A DNA stretch of 64,000 nt from Gemmatimonadales bacterium (GCA_965250155.1 OZ252291.1:2125669-2189668); one strand, 5' to 3'. Positions 16,299 to 26,846 are shown, numbered from the stretch's first letter. Numbers and translations: made by a program. Notes: generated by a model from the letters alone, not told the origin.

Positions 16299-17041
16299 CC
16301 CGCATGCGGCTGCAGCGGGCCTTAGCGCGGGCGGGAGTGGCCTCACGCCGTGGGGCGGAAGAAATGATCGCGGCCGGGCGAGTGCGCGTGAACGGGGTCG
16401 TGGCAGAGTTGGGGTTCACCGTAGACCCGGCGGTCGATGCCATAACGGTTGGTGGCCGCCGGGTCAGGCCCGTCGAAACGGCGTGGATTGCGTTGCATAA
16501 ACCCCCCGGGTACGTCGTCACCCGCCGCGATACAGAGGGTCGTTCCACCGTATTCGATCTGGTGCCCGACCTGCCGGGTCTCACGTATGTGGGGCGATTG
16601 GATGTGGCGACGACAGGTCTTCTCCTTCTCACCACCGACGGGGAGGCAGCTCACCGCCTCACCCATCCCCGGTTCGCGGTGGAAAGGACCTATCGCGTTG
16701 ACGTTCGTGGCCGGCCGGCGGACCATATTCGCCGCGCCTTGAAGGAGCCGATTGTGGTAGACGGTCGCCGCGTCGATATCGTGCGATATTGGGTTCGGGA
16801 GACCGGGCGGGGCACAAGCGAGATGATGCTCGTGTTGACCGAAGGACGGAACCGAATCGTCCGCCGTGTATGCGACCAGCTCTCGTTGAGAGTGAGCCTG
16901 CTCGTTCGATTGAGCCACGGACCGGTCAGGCTGGGCCGGTTGGCGCCGGGCGATTGGCGATATTTGACGACCAGCGAAATCCGATCGATTAGCGCCGGTC
17001 ATTACCACCAGAGTTCAAGGAAAGATGGATCTCGAACATAA
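16295..17041 (+). CDS. rluB: Pseudouridine synthase, RsuA/RluB family with S4 domain
   Basis: RLQRALARAGVASRR, HKPPG, VGRLD..TTGLLLLT, EGRNR; follows scpAB. Confidence 0.85.
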   Translation: MTRMRLQRALARAGVASRRGAEEMIAAGRVRVNGVVAELGFTVDPAVDAITVGGRRVRPVETAWIALHKPPGYVVTRRDTEGRSTVFDLVPDLPGLTYVGRLDVATTGLLLLTTDGEAAHRLTHPRFAVERTYRVDVRGRPADHIRRALKEPIVVDGRRVDIVRYWVRETGRGTSEMMLVLTEGRNRIVRRVCDQLSLRVSLLVRLSHGPVRLGRLAPGDWRYLTTSEIRSISAGHYHQSSRKDGSRT

Positions 17042-17099
17042 AACTAGCGCCGGTCATTACCACCAGAGTTCAAGGAAAGATGGATCTCGAACATAAAAC
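16990..17099 (+). repeat. Perfect 55-bp tandem duplication
   Basis: tagcgccggtcattaccaccagagttcaaggaaagatggatctcgaacataaaac at 16990-17044 and 17045-17099. Confidence 0.95.
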
Positions 17100-17363
17100 G
17101 GTACTCATCCTCGGGGGAAGCGGTTTGGTAGGCTGGCCGCTCGGGGGTGGGTGGACGTGTGCCCGTCCGGATGTGACGTGTGGATAGGGAGGGCCAGGCG
17201 AATGGTAGAGCAGGCGGAGGCGCGGACGCACTCGATGGAGGGGAGGGGGTCTGGCAGCGACCTGGACTGGGCGGCACTCGAGCCGGAAGACGCGATTGCC
17301 CCGGCGCGGTTCGCCAGGTGGGTATTCAGGTATGAGGATGGTGGTGAGCGGATCAAGCGCTGA
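17080..17363 (+). pseudogene. Hollowed short-chain dehydrogenase-like gene (N- and C-termini only)
   Basis: SD plus MDLEHKTVLILGGSGLVG (Rossmann start), then in another frame ...PARFARWVFRYEDGGERIKR*. Confidence 0.65.
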
Positions 17364-17459
17364 CGGGTTGCGACGCTGGGGCCCTTGGCGCGGTAAACAG
17401 ACAAGCACCGCCGCAGTGGGAATGCGGTGGGCGGCGATTCAATGGGGAGGATGCCGGCA

Positions 17460-18434
17460 GTGACTTCACGTGCCGTAAAATCGAGCGATTCATCGCTGAC
17501 GAGTGCCGTGGTGCAAGAGGTGGCCAAGCGTGTTGTCGGCCAGGAGGCGATGCTCGAGCGGCTGTTGATCGGACTCTTGACCGGAGGACACATCCTTCTC
17601 GAAGGAGTGCCTGGGTTGGCGAAGACCCTGGCGGTTTCGTCGCTGGCCGAGACGATTCGTGTGGTGTTCCACCGCATCCAGTTTACGCCCGATCTGCTTC
17701 CCGCAGACATCATCGGAACGATGGTGTTCGATCAAAAGACGAGCGAGTTTTATGCCAAACGCGGACCGCTGTTTGCGAACATCGTTCTTGCCGATGAGGT
17801 AAACCGCGCGCCGCCGAAGGTGCAGGCCGCGTTACTGGAGGCCATGCAGGAAAAGCAAGTCACCATCGGTGGGGAGACCCACGAACTGGCGGAACCGTTT
17901 CTGGTTCTCGCAACGCAGAATCCCATCGAGCACGAGGGAACCTATCCGCTTCCCGAGGCGCAACTCGACCGTTTCATGCTAAAGGTCCATGTCGGTTATC
18001 CCACTCGTGAAGAGGAAAAGGAAATTCTCTGGCGGATGGCGGGAGGTCAGCCCATCCCGCTCGCCGTCGTCGCGGAGCCCGCCGATCTGATGGCGCTGCG
18101 CGCGTCGATCGCCGAGCTGTACATGGACCAAAAGATCGTGGATTACATCGTCGATGTCGTGCGTGCGACCCGTGAGCCGCAAACAATCGGCTTGCATGAT
18201 CTCAAGGCGCTCATCGCCTACGGAGCCAGTCCACGCGCATCGATCTACCTGGCGCAGACGGCGCGCGCTCATGCGTTTTTGCGCGGCAGGGCATATGTCG
18301 TTCCCGAAGACGTCAAAGCGATGGCTCCAGACGTGTTGCGACACCGTGTGCTGTTGACGTTCGAGGCCGAGGCCGAGGACGTCACCTCCGATGGGATCAT
18401 CGCCAAGATATTGGAGGCGGTGCACGTCCCATGA
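17460..18434 (+). CDS. moxR: MoxR-family AAA+ ATPase
   Basis: GHILLEGVPGLAKT, RIQFTPDLLPAD, LADEVNRAPPKVQAALLEAMQE, ATQNPIE. Confidence 0.95.
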   Translation: MTSRAVKSSDSSLTSAVVQEVAKRVVGQEAMLERLLIGLLTGGHILLEGVPGLAKTLAVSSLAETIRVVFHRIQFTPDLLPADIIGTMVFDQKTSEFYAKRGPLFANIVLADEVNRAPPKVQAALLEAMQEKQVTIGGETHELAEPFLVLATQNPIEHEGTYPLPEAQLDRFMLKVHVGYPTREEEKEILWRMAGGQPIPLAVVAEPADLMALRASIAELYMDQKIVDYIVDVVRATREPQTIGLHDLKALIAYGASPRASIYLAQTARAHAFLRGRAYVVPEDVKAMAPDVLRHRVLLTFEAEAEDVTSDGIIAKILEAVHVP

Positions 18435-19327
18435 GCCGTACCTCCCCGATCGTTGGGGCGGAGGTCCTGAAGCAAGTCAAGCGAATCGAGCTCCGCACAC
18501 GCCGGCTGGTGGGGTCTCTTTTTGCCGGAGAGTACCGGTCAGTATTTCGCGGCCAAGGCATCGAGTTTGCCGAAGTACGTGCGTACCAGCACGGCGACGA
18601 TTTCCGCGCGATCGATTGGAACGTATCCGCGCGGATGGGACATCCCTACGTAAAACTCTTCGAGGAAGAGCGCGAGCTAACACTCTTGCTGGTCGTGGAT
18701 CGATCGGGTTCTGTGGAGTTCGGTAAGCCGGTGCGGAAGGCAGAGCGGTCAGTGGAGATCTCGGCGGTGCTCGCGCTTGCCGCCGCCCGCAATAATGACC
18801 GCGTGGGCGCGTTGATTTTTTCGGACGACATCGACCACATTATACCGGCGGCAAAGGGCGGGAAGCACGCCCTGCGGGTGATTCGCGACCTGCTGGCATT
18901 CGAGCCGGTCAACCGGGGAACCAATCTGGCGCTGGCGCTGGCATATGCAGCCAAGCTGTTGCGCCATCGCGGCATTGTCGTGGTACTGTCGGACTTCCGA
19001 GCGACGGGATGGGAGGAGCAAATGCGTCGTCTCGCAAGGAAGCACGAGGTGGTGGCGATCTCAGTTGACGACCCCCGAGAGCAGGCACTTCCCGACGCCG
19101 GATGGATCGAGCTGGTAGACGCAGAAGAGGGACGGCGGATGCTGGTGGATACCTCGAGCACCGGCACGCGCATCAGCCTCCAGGTGGCGGCTGAGGAAGC
19201 GCGTCTTGCACGTGCGCGAGCGTTGGAACGCTCGCAAGTAGATCACATCGTACTCCATACGCACGTGCCGTACGCTCAAACATTGCTGAAGGCGTTCGAG
19301 ATGCGGGCGAGGCGATTCCGTCGATGA
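18431..19327 (+). CDS. DUF58 domain protein
   Basis: G-G-EFAEVRAYQ-GDD-R-IDWNVSAR, FEEERE, D-SGS. Confidence 0.92.
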   Translation: MSRTSPIVGAEVLKQVKRIELRTRRLVGSLFAGEYRSVFRGQGIEFAEVRAYQHGDDFRAIDWNVSARMGHPYVKLFEEERELTLLLVVDRSGSVEFGKPVRKAERSVEISAVLALAAARNNDRVGALIFSDDIDHIIPAAKGGKHALRVIRDLLAFEPVNRGTNLALALAYAAKLLRHRGIVVVLSDFRATGWEEQMRRLARKHEVVAISVDDPREQALPDAGWIELVDAEEGRRMLVDTSSTGTRISLQVAAEEARLARARALERSQVDHIVLHTHVPYAQTLLKAFEMRARRFRR

Positions 19328-20175
19328 ACACGGTTGTCGGTACGCTACTGCTGGTACAGGTGTGGAGTGTTGCGCCGACGCGGTCGACCATTGGCGATAC
19401 TGTCGTCCTCGAACGGGAGATCGAAGTGGCGGATCCGACCGCCAGCTTGCGGCTCGCCCCCATTGAGGGCTCTCTGTTGGTAGAGCCGTTGGCCGGACCT
19501 GAAGCGATAACCGCATCGGATGGATTCATCGTGCGGTACGTCGTGGCGTTGTTCGAGACGGGCGATCACACCATTCCTATGCCCGATATCGAGCTGGTGT
19601 ATCCCACCGGCCGACTGGAAACACGGGTGGGAGGAGAGGCGTTCGTCACAGTGCTGTCGGTGCTGCCGCAGGGAGAGTCTCTGCCCGCGCCCCGCGCCTC
19701 GCGCGAGCCGATTCCGAGAAACGTTTTTCGGACGGCGCCAGCAATACTCTTGGTGGCGGGAGTGGTGGTGTTGACGGTCGGATGGGGATTGATGCGAAGA
19801 AGGTCTCGGGTGCGCCCAGTCTGGGCAGGCCTTGGGAAGGGGGGCGAAGACGCTTCCCCTCCCGTGTCTCGCTGGATAGCTGCGGGAGAGCCGAGAGCGG
19901 TAGCCACGGTGACGACGCATGAAATGCGGGCCCGTGTGCAGCAGCATGTTCCGGAGGCAGAGCCGTCGCTCGATTTGGACGACTGGTTGCATACGGTTGA
20001 AGCGCACCAACCGAACTGGCCGTTGCGTGAATTGTCGGAGGTCATGCAGGCCCTCGAGCGGGCGAGCTTTGCACCAGCCATTCCCAGTGATGTGATTGCG
20101 TTGACGGACGAAGCGCAGGTGATCGTACAGACGATCGAGGAATCGGAGTCGGTGTCTGAGGAGGTGGAGGAGTAA
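19324..20175 (+). CDS. Bat-operon associated single-pass membrane protein
   Basis: Ig-like N-terminus and one TM helix; translationally coupled between the DUF58 and vWA genes. Confidence 0.7.
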   Translation: MNTVVGTLLLVQVWSVAPTRSTIGDTVVLEREIEVADPTASLRLAPIEGSLLVEPLAGPEAITASDGFIVRYVVALFETGDHTIPMPDIELVYPTGRLETRVGGEAFVTVLSVLPQGESLPAPRASREPIPRNVFRTAPAILLVAGVVVLTVGWGLMRRRSRVRPVWAGLGKGGEDASPPVSRWIAAGEPRAVATVTTHEMRARVQQHVPEAEPSLDLDDWLHTVEAHQPNWPLRELSEVMQALERASFAPAIPSDVIALTDEAQVIVQTIEESESVSEEVEE

Positions 20176-21152
20176 TGTTCGCCCGTCCGCTGATTTTCGT
20201 GCTGTTGCTGGCGATCCCAGTGTGGTGGTGGCGCCGTCGCCGTTCCCGGCAACCGGCTGCCGAGTACAGCGACCTCCGCCAGCTGGCTACAGTGGCAACA
20301 ATGCGTCGGTGGGTCGGCGAGGTACCAGCCAGCCTCCGCAGTGTTACTCTGGGAGCGTGGATCATTGCGGCAGCCGGTCCCCAAAGCGCGGTCGAGCCAG
20401 CCGAGATCACGCGGGAAGGTATTGCCATCGCATTGGTGGTCGACGTTTCCAGTAGCATGCTGGCGGAAGACTTCGCTCCCTCCAACCGTCTCGATGTCGC
20501 CAAAGAACAATCCATCGCCTTCATCCGTGCACGCCGTTTCGATCGGATCGGGTTGGTGGCGTTTGCCGGTGAAGCGCTCACGCGGATTCCGGTGACCGTG
20601 GATTACGCCGTGCTGGAGCAGGCAGTGCTCGATCTTCGGATAGGTGAACTCGACGACGGAACGGCTATCGGCACGGCGATCGCGACCGGGGCCAACAGGC
20701 TGCGCCGGGTCGAGGGGAGGAGCAAGGTGATGGTACTGATGACCGACGGTGAGAACAACCGGGGTCGAATCGATCCACGAACCGCGGCCGAAGCGGCGGA
20801 ACGCGTGGGGATTCGCATCTACACTATCGGCATCGGTACGGTGGGCGAGGCCCGCACACCCATCGGTACGGGAATTGGCGGCCGGCTGCGGTATCAGACC
20901 CTGCCCGTGCGAATCGATGAGGAGCTGCTCCAAGACGTCGCGGAGAGCACAGGCGGTCGATATTTCCGTGCGACTGACGCTGAGGCCCTGAGCCGCATCT
21001 TTCAGCAAATCGACCAGCTGGAGAAAACGCCGGTGGAGATCACGCGGTTTACGCAGCACAATGAGGCCTACCGTATTCCCCTGTTGATCGGGCTGGCTGC
21101 GCTGGCGCTAGAACTCATGATTGGTGCCACCGTCGTGGTGCGGGTTCCGTGA
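20175..21152 (+). CDS. batA: vWA domain protein, BatA-like
   Basis: N-terminal TM, DVSSSM MIDAS, DRIGLVAFAG, GTAIG, TDGENN. Confidence 0.85.
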   Translation: MFARPLIFVLLLAIPVWWWRRRRSRQPAAEYSDLRQLATVATMRRWVGEVPASLRSVTLGAWIIAAAGPQSAVEPAEITREGIAIALVVDVSSSMLAEDFAPSNRLDVAKEQSIAFIRARRFDRIGLVAFAGEALTRIPVTVDYAVLEQAVLDLRIGELDDGTAIGTAIATGANRLRRVEGRSKVMVLMTDGENNRGRIDPRTAAEAAERVGIRIYTIGIGTVGEARTPIGTGIGGRLRYQTLPVRIDEELLQDVAESTGGRYFRATDAEALSRIFQQIDQLEKTPVEITRFTQHNEAYRIPLLIGLAALALELMIGATVVVRVP

Positions 21153-22768
21153 TCTCGTTCGATGCGCCCTTCGTCTTGTATGCCGCGCCGGTGGTGGCCT
21201 TGTTCATTGTCGGTCTTGCATTATGGGCGCGCTCTTCCCGAGTGCGGCACGCCCTGGTGTGGTCGGACGACATAGGAGCCGTCGCGCGACAGACGGGACG
21301 TTGGGGTGCGGTGGCATTGGGCGTTACAGCGCTGTTGGTGAGCACGGCGCTCGCAGGTCCGCGGTTCGGACGCCGCGTCGTCACGACCGAAACCAAGGCC
21401 CTCACAATGGTGCTGGCGGTCGACATATCGCGCTCCATGCTGGCCGAAGACGTTCGGCCATCGCGTCTCGGACGGGTACAACGCGAAGCACGGCGGCTGG
21501 TTCAGGATCTCAGGGGAGACCGTATCGGGCTGATTGCGTATGCCGGTCGCAGCTTCATCCTGTCTCCCCTCACAGTAGACGACGGTGCGCTGCAACTCCT
21601 GATCGATGGGCTGGCTCCCGACATGGTGAGCGCGGGTGGCACGGAATTGGCCGTCGCACTCGACCAGGCTCGACAACTGTTGCTGGCCGGCCCGGGTGTC
21701 GCCGATCGCGTCCTGGTGCTGTTTACCGACGGTGAAGCGCACGACTCGCTGTCGCAGATTTTGTTGGCTGCGGAACGACTGCGACGTGATGGGATCCAGC
21801 TGGTCGTGATCGCCGAAGGGGGGGCGGTGCCCGTCGGAATACCACTTCGCGACCCCAACGGAGTGTTGACCGGCTACCAAGAAGACCTGGACGGAAACTT
21901 GGTCCAAACGTGGCGCCGTAATGACATCCTCTCAGCCGTCGTGGCTGCGGCGCGAGGCGCGCTGGTTCCCGCGGGACTAGGAGACCAGGCGGGTGCGGTT
22001 CGCGACCTGGTCGATTCCTTCAAGCGAGCACCGCAGGCCACAACGACTGCGGCGCAAGACATCTCCAGGGCATGGATCCCGCTGTTGATCGCGGTGGGGG
22101 TTTTGCTGTTGCAAACCTACACGCGTCGTACGGCGGCGCTTGCCGGGATCGCGTTCTTGCTGGTGGCGCCACGCACGGCGGTCGGTCAATCCACATTGAG
22201 CGACGCCGATCGGGCCTGGCGTGACAGCCTCTTTGCCGAGGCCGCCGACCTGTATGAGGCGCAGACCATGTCACGACAGGGAGGCGACACCGCTTGGCTG
22301 AACCTCGGCACGGCGGCGCTTGCCATTGGGGACACCGCTCGCGCCGGTCCGGCGCTCTTGCACGCCGCGGAGTCATTCGATCCGGAATTGCGGTTTCGGG
22401 CCTTGTTCAACCTCGGTCTGCTCTTGCTGCGACTCGCGGAGGTCGACGAGTCGAATCGCCAAGCGTACCTCGACGAAGCGCGACGCCGCTACCGCGAGGC
22501 GTTGCTCCTGAGGCCCGGGGACGAGGACGCCAAGTGGAATTACGAGGTGACTGTGCGGTCCACACCACCACAGAGCGGCGGTGGCCGACAACCGCCGCCG
22601 ACGGGTAGAGAGCAAAATGATCCCCGGGGAGATCCCCAGACCGGTCTGAGCCGCGAGCAGGCAGAGCAGATTCTCAACTCCATGTTGGCGGAAGAGCACG
22701 AGACGCTGGATAAGATCAATCGACGGCGCGCCCAACCGCGCCAAGCAATGCGGAGGAAGAATTGGTGA
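21149..22768 (+). CDS. vWA plus TPR protein (BatB-BatC-like fusion)
   Basis: DISRSM, DRIGLIAYAG, TDGEAH, then TPRs (WLNLG, FNLG, DAKWNYE) and an AEQILN tail. Confidence 0.8.
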   Translation: MISFDAPFVLYAAPVVALFIVGLALWARSSRVRHALVWSDDIGAVARQTGRWGAVALGVTALLVSTALAGPRFGRRVVTTETKALTMVLAVDISRSMLAEDVRPSRLGRVQREARRLVQDLRGDRIGLIAYAGRSFILSPLTVDDGALQLLIDGLAPDMVSAGGTELAVALDQARQLLLAGPGVADRVLVLFTDGEAHDSLSQILLAAERLRRDGIQLVVIAEGGAVPVGIPLRDPNGVLTGYQEDLDGNLVQTWRRNDILSAVVAAARGALVPAGLGDQAGAVRDLVDSFKRAPQATTTAAQDISRAWIPLLIAVGVLLLQTYTRRTAALAGIAFLLVAPRTAVGQSTLSDADRAWRDSLFAEAADLYEAQTMSRQGGDTAWLNLGTAALAIGDTARAGPALLHAAESFDPELRFRALFNLGLLLLRLAEVDESNRQAYLDEARRRYREALLLRPGDEDAKWNYEVTVRSTPPQSGGGRQPPPTGREQNDPRGDPQTGLSREQAEQILNSMLAEEHETLDKINRRRAQPRQAMRRKNW

Positions 22769-25104
22769 ACCTCCTCCTGGCTCTAGCGGTGGCGATCCAG
22801 CAGCCGCAGGTGGACGCTACAGTGAACCGGACCGAAGCCGAGGTCGGTGACGAGATCGTCGTCACCATCAGCGTCACCGCCGACGGCGGGGTCACCACCG
22901 AAGTTTCGGTCCCACCGTTTTCCGATCTCGACCTCACCGGAACCAGCCAGTCGTCAGTGTTCACGTCGATGGGCGTGCGCGGGAGGCGGGAGACGACATG
23001 GCAATACCGCTTCCGCGCTGCAGCGCCGGGCCGCGCGGTAATCGGTCCTATTCGCGTTCGCGTTGGGAGCGACTTCATCGATGCCGGAGAACTGTCGGTA
23101 ATGGTGACTGCCGTGGGTGGTGAAGGCGGTACGGAGTTTCATGAACGGCTTGCCGAAATCGTCGATGCAGCTCCGAATCCGGGAGACGCCGCCGACGTGA
23201 CCGTACAGGTGATCCCGTCGCGCGACACGATTGTTCTGGGTGAGCAACTGGACCTGGTGGTCGTGGCATGGTTTCCCCGAGACATACGCTCCCGGCTTCG
23301 AACCCGCCCCACGCTGACGCCCCCGGAACTGCAGAGTGCCTGGACTTATCCCCGCACCGCTGGCCTCGACGTGGCCAACACACGCGTCGTGGACGGACGC
23401 CGGTACGACCTGTTCGTACACCACCAAGTTGCGTTTCCCCTCACCGCCGGAGAGTTGCGAGTGGGACACGCAACGGTGTCGTACAGTCTCCCGTTACGGA
23501 CCTCCATCCTCAGCCGCGAATTGCCCCAGGAGGTTCAGAGCAAAGACACGACCGTCGTCGTGCTCCCCCAACCGCTCGAAGGTAGGCCTCGGCCGTTCAC
23601 CGGGGCGGCGGCGCGCAACCTGGAGTTCACCGTAACCGTCGATACCGTTGATTTTAGGATGGGAAATGCCAGCACCATCACTGCAAAGGTCACCGGAGAG
23701 GGCAACGTCTCGCTGTGGCCGAAACCCGAGTTCCGGTGGCCCGAAGGCGTGAGGGTGTACGAGGGTCGAACCGCTGTAGACATCGTCACCGAGAACGGTA
23801 TGATTGGCGGCACCAAGACCTTCACCTATCTCGTGGCACCCGAGTCTACAGGGACCTACGTCATTCCTCCAGCGACCTACAGCTATTTCGCACTGGACTC
23901 CGGACGGTATGTGCAGGCGACCGCGCCGCGAGTGCGGCTCGTAGCTCGCGCCGTACGCCCGAGTGCGCGGCGTGACGTTCGGCCGCCTCCGATCATGCCA
24001 CGTCGAGGCGCCACAGCTCTCGAAGACCTGGGGAGCTGGATTCGCTTGTGGATGCTGGGCTTGATCGCCGGTCTGCCTCCACTCCTCGCCTGTCTCGCGC
24101 GTGTCGGCGCTGCAATCCGCCGCCGCCGCAAACCCGTAGAGCGTACGCGCGCCAAGGGTCCCGCTCTGGAGGTGCTCGAGCAGGAGTTCCGTGCGAATAT
24201 GGAGCGGCTGGTGCCCGACATGGACGCCCGGGAAGGGGACGGCCTGCCTGCGGCCTTGCGGGCTGCCGGTGTCGAAGCGCCGGTGGCCACGCACGCATCC
24301 AGGGTGCGCGATCGGCTGCGGCAAGCGTTGTACGGTCCGGAAGGCACATCAGACCCGCTCGAACTCCGCGCCGAAGTGCACGAGGTGCTGCGGGCGTTGC
24401 CTGGGGGACGGCACCGAAGCCGACGGATGGTCCGCGCAGCCGGATTGGCGGGGGTCCTGGGCATGATCTGGGCGGGCGCCGCCTCGGCCCAGTCCACGAC
24501 GGCGGAACAGCTCTACGAGGCTGGCGCCTTTCGAGCCGCAGCAGACAGTTTCCTCATCCGGGCGTCGCAAGAGCCCGCCGACCCGTCGCAATGGTTCAAC
24601 GCAGGTGCTGCCCTCTTCGGCGCCGGCGAGGAAACCGCCGCTCGCGTTGCGTGGGTCAAGGCTGCGCGGGTCGCTCCCCGGAACGGCACGGTGCGAGCAG
24701 CCTTGCAGTTGGTCCCTCCGGTCAACTCTCACGCGCGGACCAATACATGGATTGCGCCGGTTACGGTAATGGAATTGGCGCTGGTGGGGACGATCCTATG
24801 GGTTGTGGGTTGGTTGACCTACACCTTCTCTGCGCGTGCGCGGCGGGCGCTGCCGGTTGCCGCCTTCGGGTTGGTGGTTGCCGGCCTGGCCGCGTATCTG
24901 CATGACCGCTACACCGAACCCGTTGGGCTGGTTCTGGTCCCGAACGTCGCAGTTCGCGAGGCGCCGTACGGCACTGCCCAGGCAACCACCCGATTTGCCC
25001 AGGGGGCTGACGTGCGTATCGAACGCAGCGAAGGCGCGTGGCTACTCGTCAGGAGGGCAGGGTACCGGGGTTGGGTCCTCTCGGCCGAGGTCGGCAGGCT
25101 GTAA
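22762..25104 (+). CDS. BatD-like protein fused to TPR/SH3 (BatE-like) module
   Basis: Repeated Ig-like BatD segments, TM, TPR (WFNAG), C-terminal SH3-like GWV. Confidence 0.75.
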   Translation: MVNLLLALAVAIQQPQVDATVNRTEAEVGDEIVVTISVTADGGVTTEVSVPPFSDLDLTGTSQSSVFTSMGVRGRRETTWQYRFRAAAPGRAVIGPIRVRVGSDFIDAGELSVMVTAVGGEGGTEFHERLAEIVDAAPNPGDAADVTVQVIPSRDTIVLGEQLDLVVVAWFPRDIRSRLRTRPTLTPPELQSAWTYPRTAGLDVANTRVVDGRRYDLFVHHQVAFPLTAGELRVGHATVSYSLPLRTSILSRELPQEVQSKDTTVVVLPQPLEGRPRPFTGAAARNLEFTVTVDTVDFRMGNASTITAKVTGEGNVSLWPKPEFRWPEGVRVYEGRTAVDIVTENGMIGGTKTFTYLVAPESTGTYVIPPATYSYFALDSGRYVQATAPRVRLVARAVRPSARRDVRPPPIMPRRGATALEDLGSWIRLWMLGLIAGLPPLLACLARVGAAIRRRRKPVERTRAKGPALEVLEQEFRANMERLVPDMDAREGDGLPAALRAAGVEAPVATHASRVRDRLRQALYGPEGTSDPLELRAEVHEVLRALPGGRHRSRRMVRAAGLAGVLGMIWAGAASAQSTTAEQLYEAGAFRAAADSFLIRASQEPADPSQWFNAGAALFGAGEETAARVAWVKAARVAPRNGTVRAALQLVPPVNSHARTNTWIAPVTVMELALVGTILWVVGWLTYTFSARARRALPVAAFGLVVAGLAAYLHDRYTEPVGLVLVPNVAVREAPYGTAQATTRFAQGADVRIERSEGAWLLVRRAGYRGWVLSAEVGRL

Positions 25105-26846
25105 TGGGTCGTATCGTCATTCTACCAGATGCGGTGATCGGTCAGATTGCGGCCGGCGAAGTGGTGGAGCGTCCCGCATCTGTTGTTAAAGAACTCATCG
25201 AGAATGCGTTGGACGCCGGCGCAACGGCCATAGAGATCGCATTGGAGGCCGGCGGGAAGACGTCCATCACCGTGAGTGACGACGGAACGGGGATGGACCG
25301 AGACGATGCGGTGCTGGCAATCGATCGACACGCCACTAGCAAGATTACGTCGGCCTCGGACCTCATCGGCGTCGCCACACTCGGCTTCCGCGGCGAGGCC
25401 CTCTCCGCCATTGCGTCGGTTTCGAAATTCGAGCTGGAAACGGCCCCTGACGAGAACGGCGCTTCATCGGCAGCCACGCGTCTCATAGTGGAGGGAGGTC
25501 GCCTCAAAGATGTGCAGCCCACGGCGCGACGACGCGGAACGACGGTGCGGGTGAGGCGGCTGTTCTTCAACGCACCGGCGAGGCGGAAATTTCTCCGCAC
25601 GTCGGCCACCGAGATGCGTGCAACAGTTGCTGCAGTTTCTGTGCTCGCCTTCATGCGCCTGGACGTGTCCTTCAAGCTCACCAACGACGGGCGCTTGTTG
25701 ACCGACGCTCCCCGAGTCTCTGCCTTGGGGGATCGCATCGAATCGCTGTTCGGTCGATCCCTTGCCGAAGGACTCATCCCCGTGGACCATCATGCCGGCG
25801 CTGTCTCCGTGCGCGGATTCATCCAACGTCCGGCCGATGCCAAACCCACGGGACGCAAAGCGTTTCTCTTCGTCAACGGGCGCCCGTTCCGCGATCCCTT
25901 TGTGGTAAGGGCGGCGGAAGTCGGCTATCGAGCAACGATTCACCCTGGGTCCCGACCTACGATGTTCCTCTCACTCGCCGTTCCAGGTGACGCCGTTGAC
26001 GTGAACGTCCATCCGAGCAAGCTGGAAGTGCGGTTCCGCGACCGTCGCTTTGTAGAGGCTACTGTGGAAGAAGCCGTGCGGTGTGCACTGGGTCAGATTG
26101 GTGCCGCTGCCGTCGTGCGTCAGGGAGCGGATCGGCTTCCAGAAGCCGCCGCCGCGTGGGCAGGGGCAGGGGCTGGGTATCCGTCGCGCTCTCCCGAAGG
26201 GTCACGAGGCAGTGCTCCCTCGTTGTTCGGGGTCGAACGGTATGCTCCCGCACACGGACCGGCGGAGTTATTTGCAGCCGACGGAGGGTTTCTCCAGATC
26301 TTTGACACGTATATCGTGATGCAGACACCCGACGGCCTGGCCATCGTGGATCAGCACTCCGCTCACGAACGGGTACTGTACGAGGCGACTATGAGCCAGT
26401 TGAATGGAGAGGGCGCTCCGTCTCAACGCTTGCTTCTCCCTCTCACGGTGGATTTGGAACCACGCGAGCTTGAGGCCGTCGAACAAAATCGTGCCCTGCT
26501 GGACGCCATTGGATTTGAGGTGGAGGAGTTCGGAGGTCGGTCGGTCGTTCTCCATGCCGTACCGAACCCGCACCCACGATTCGACGCCCGGCGGTGTTTC
26601 GAGGAAGTGGTAGCCGACTTCGCCCGGGGCCGCTTTGGAGGCTGGAATAACCAACTCGAGCGGTTTGCGGCAACGTACGCCTGTCGCGCTGCAATCAAGG
26701 CCGGTCAGGTGCTAGAGCAGCGAGAAATCGGCACGCTTCTGCGGCGACTCTTTGGGTGTCAACTGCCACCGCATGACGTGCACGGACGTCCCACGATCGT
26801 ACAGCTTCCGCGAGAGGAACTGGAGCGCCGCTTTGGGCGGGGCTAA
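25104..26846 (+). CDS. mutL: DNA mismatch repair endonuclease MutL
   Basis: IAAGEVVERPASVVKELIEN, TLGFRGEAL, DQHSAHER, ACRAA, HGRP. Confidence 0.97.
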   Translation: MGRIVILPDAVIGQIAAGEVVERPASVVKELIENALDAGATAIEIALEAGGKTSITVSDDGTGMDRDDAVLAIDRHATSKITSASDLIGVATLGFRGEALSAIASVSKFELETAPDENGASSAATRLIVEGGRLKDVQPTARRRGTTVRVRRLFFNAPARRKFLRTSATEMRATVAAVSVLAFMRLDVSFKLTNDGRLLTDAPRVSALGDRIESLFGRSLAEGLIPVDHHAGAVSVRGFIQRPADAKPTGRKAFLFVNGRPFRDPFVVRAAEVGYRATIHPGSRPTMFLSLAVPGDAVDVNVHPSKLEVRFRDRRFVEATVEEAVRCALGQIGAAAVVRQGADRLPEAAAAWAGAGAGYPSRSPEGSRGSAPSLFGVERYAPAHGPAELFAADGGFLQIFDTYIVMQTPDGLAIVDQHSAHERVLYEATMSQLNGEGAPSQRLLLPLTVDLEPRELEAVEQNRALLDAIGFEVEEFGGRSVVLHAVPNPHPRFDARRCFEEVVADFARGRFGGWNNQLERFAATYACRAAIKAGQVLEQREIGTLLRRLFGCQLPPHDVHGRPTIVQLPREELERRFGRG

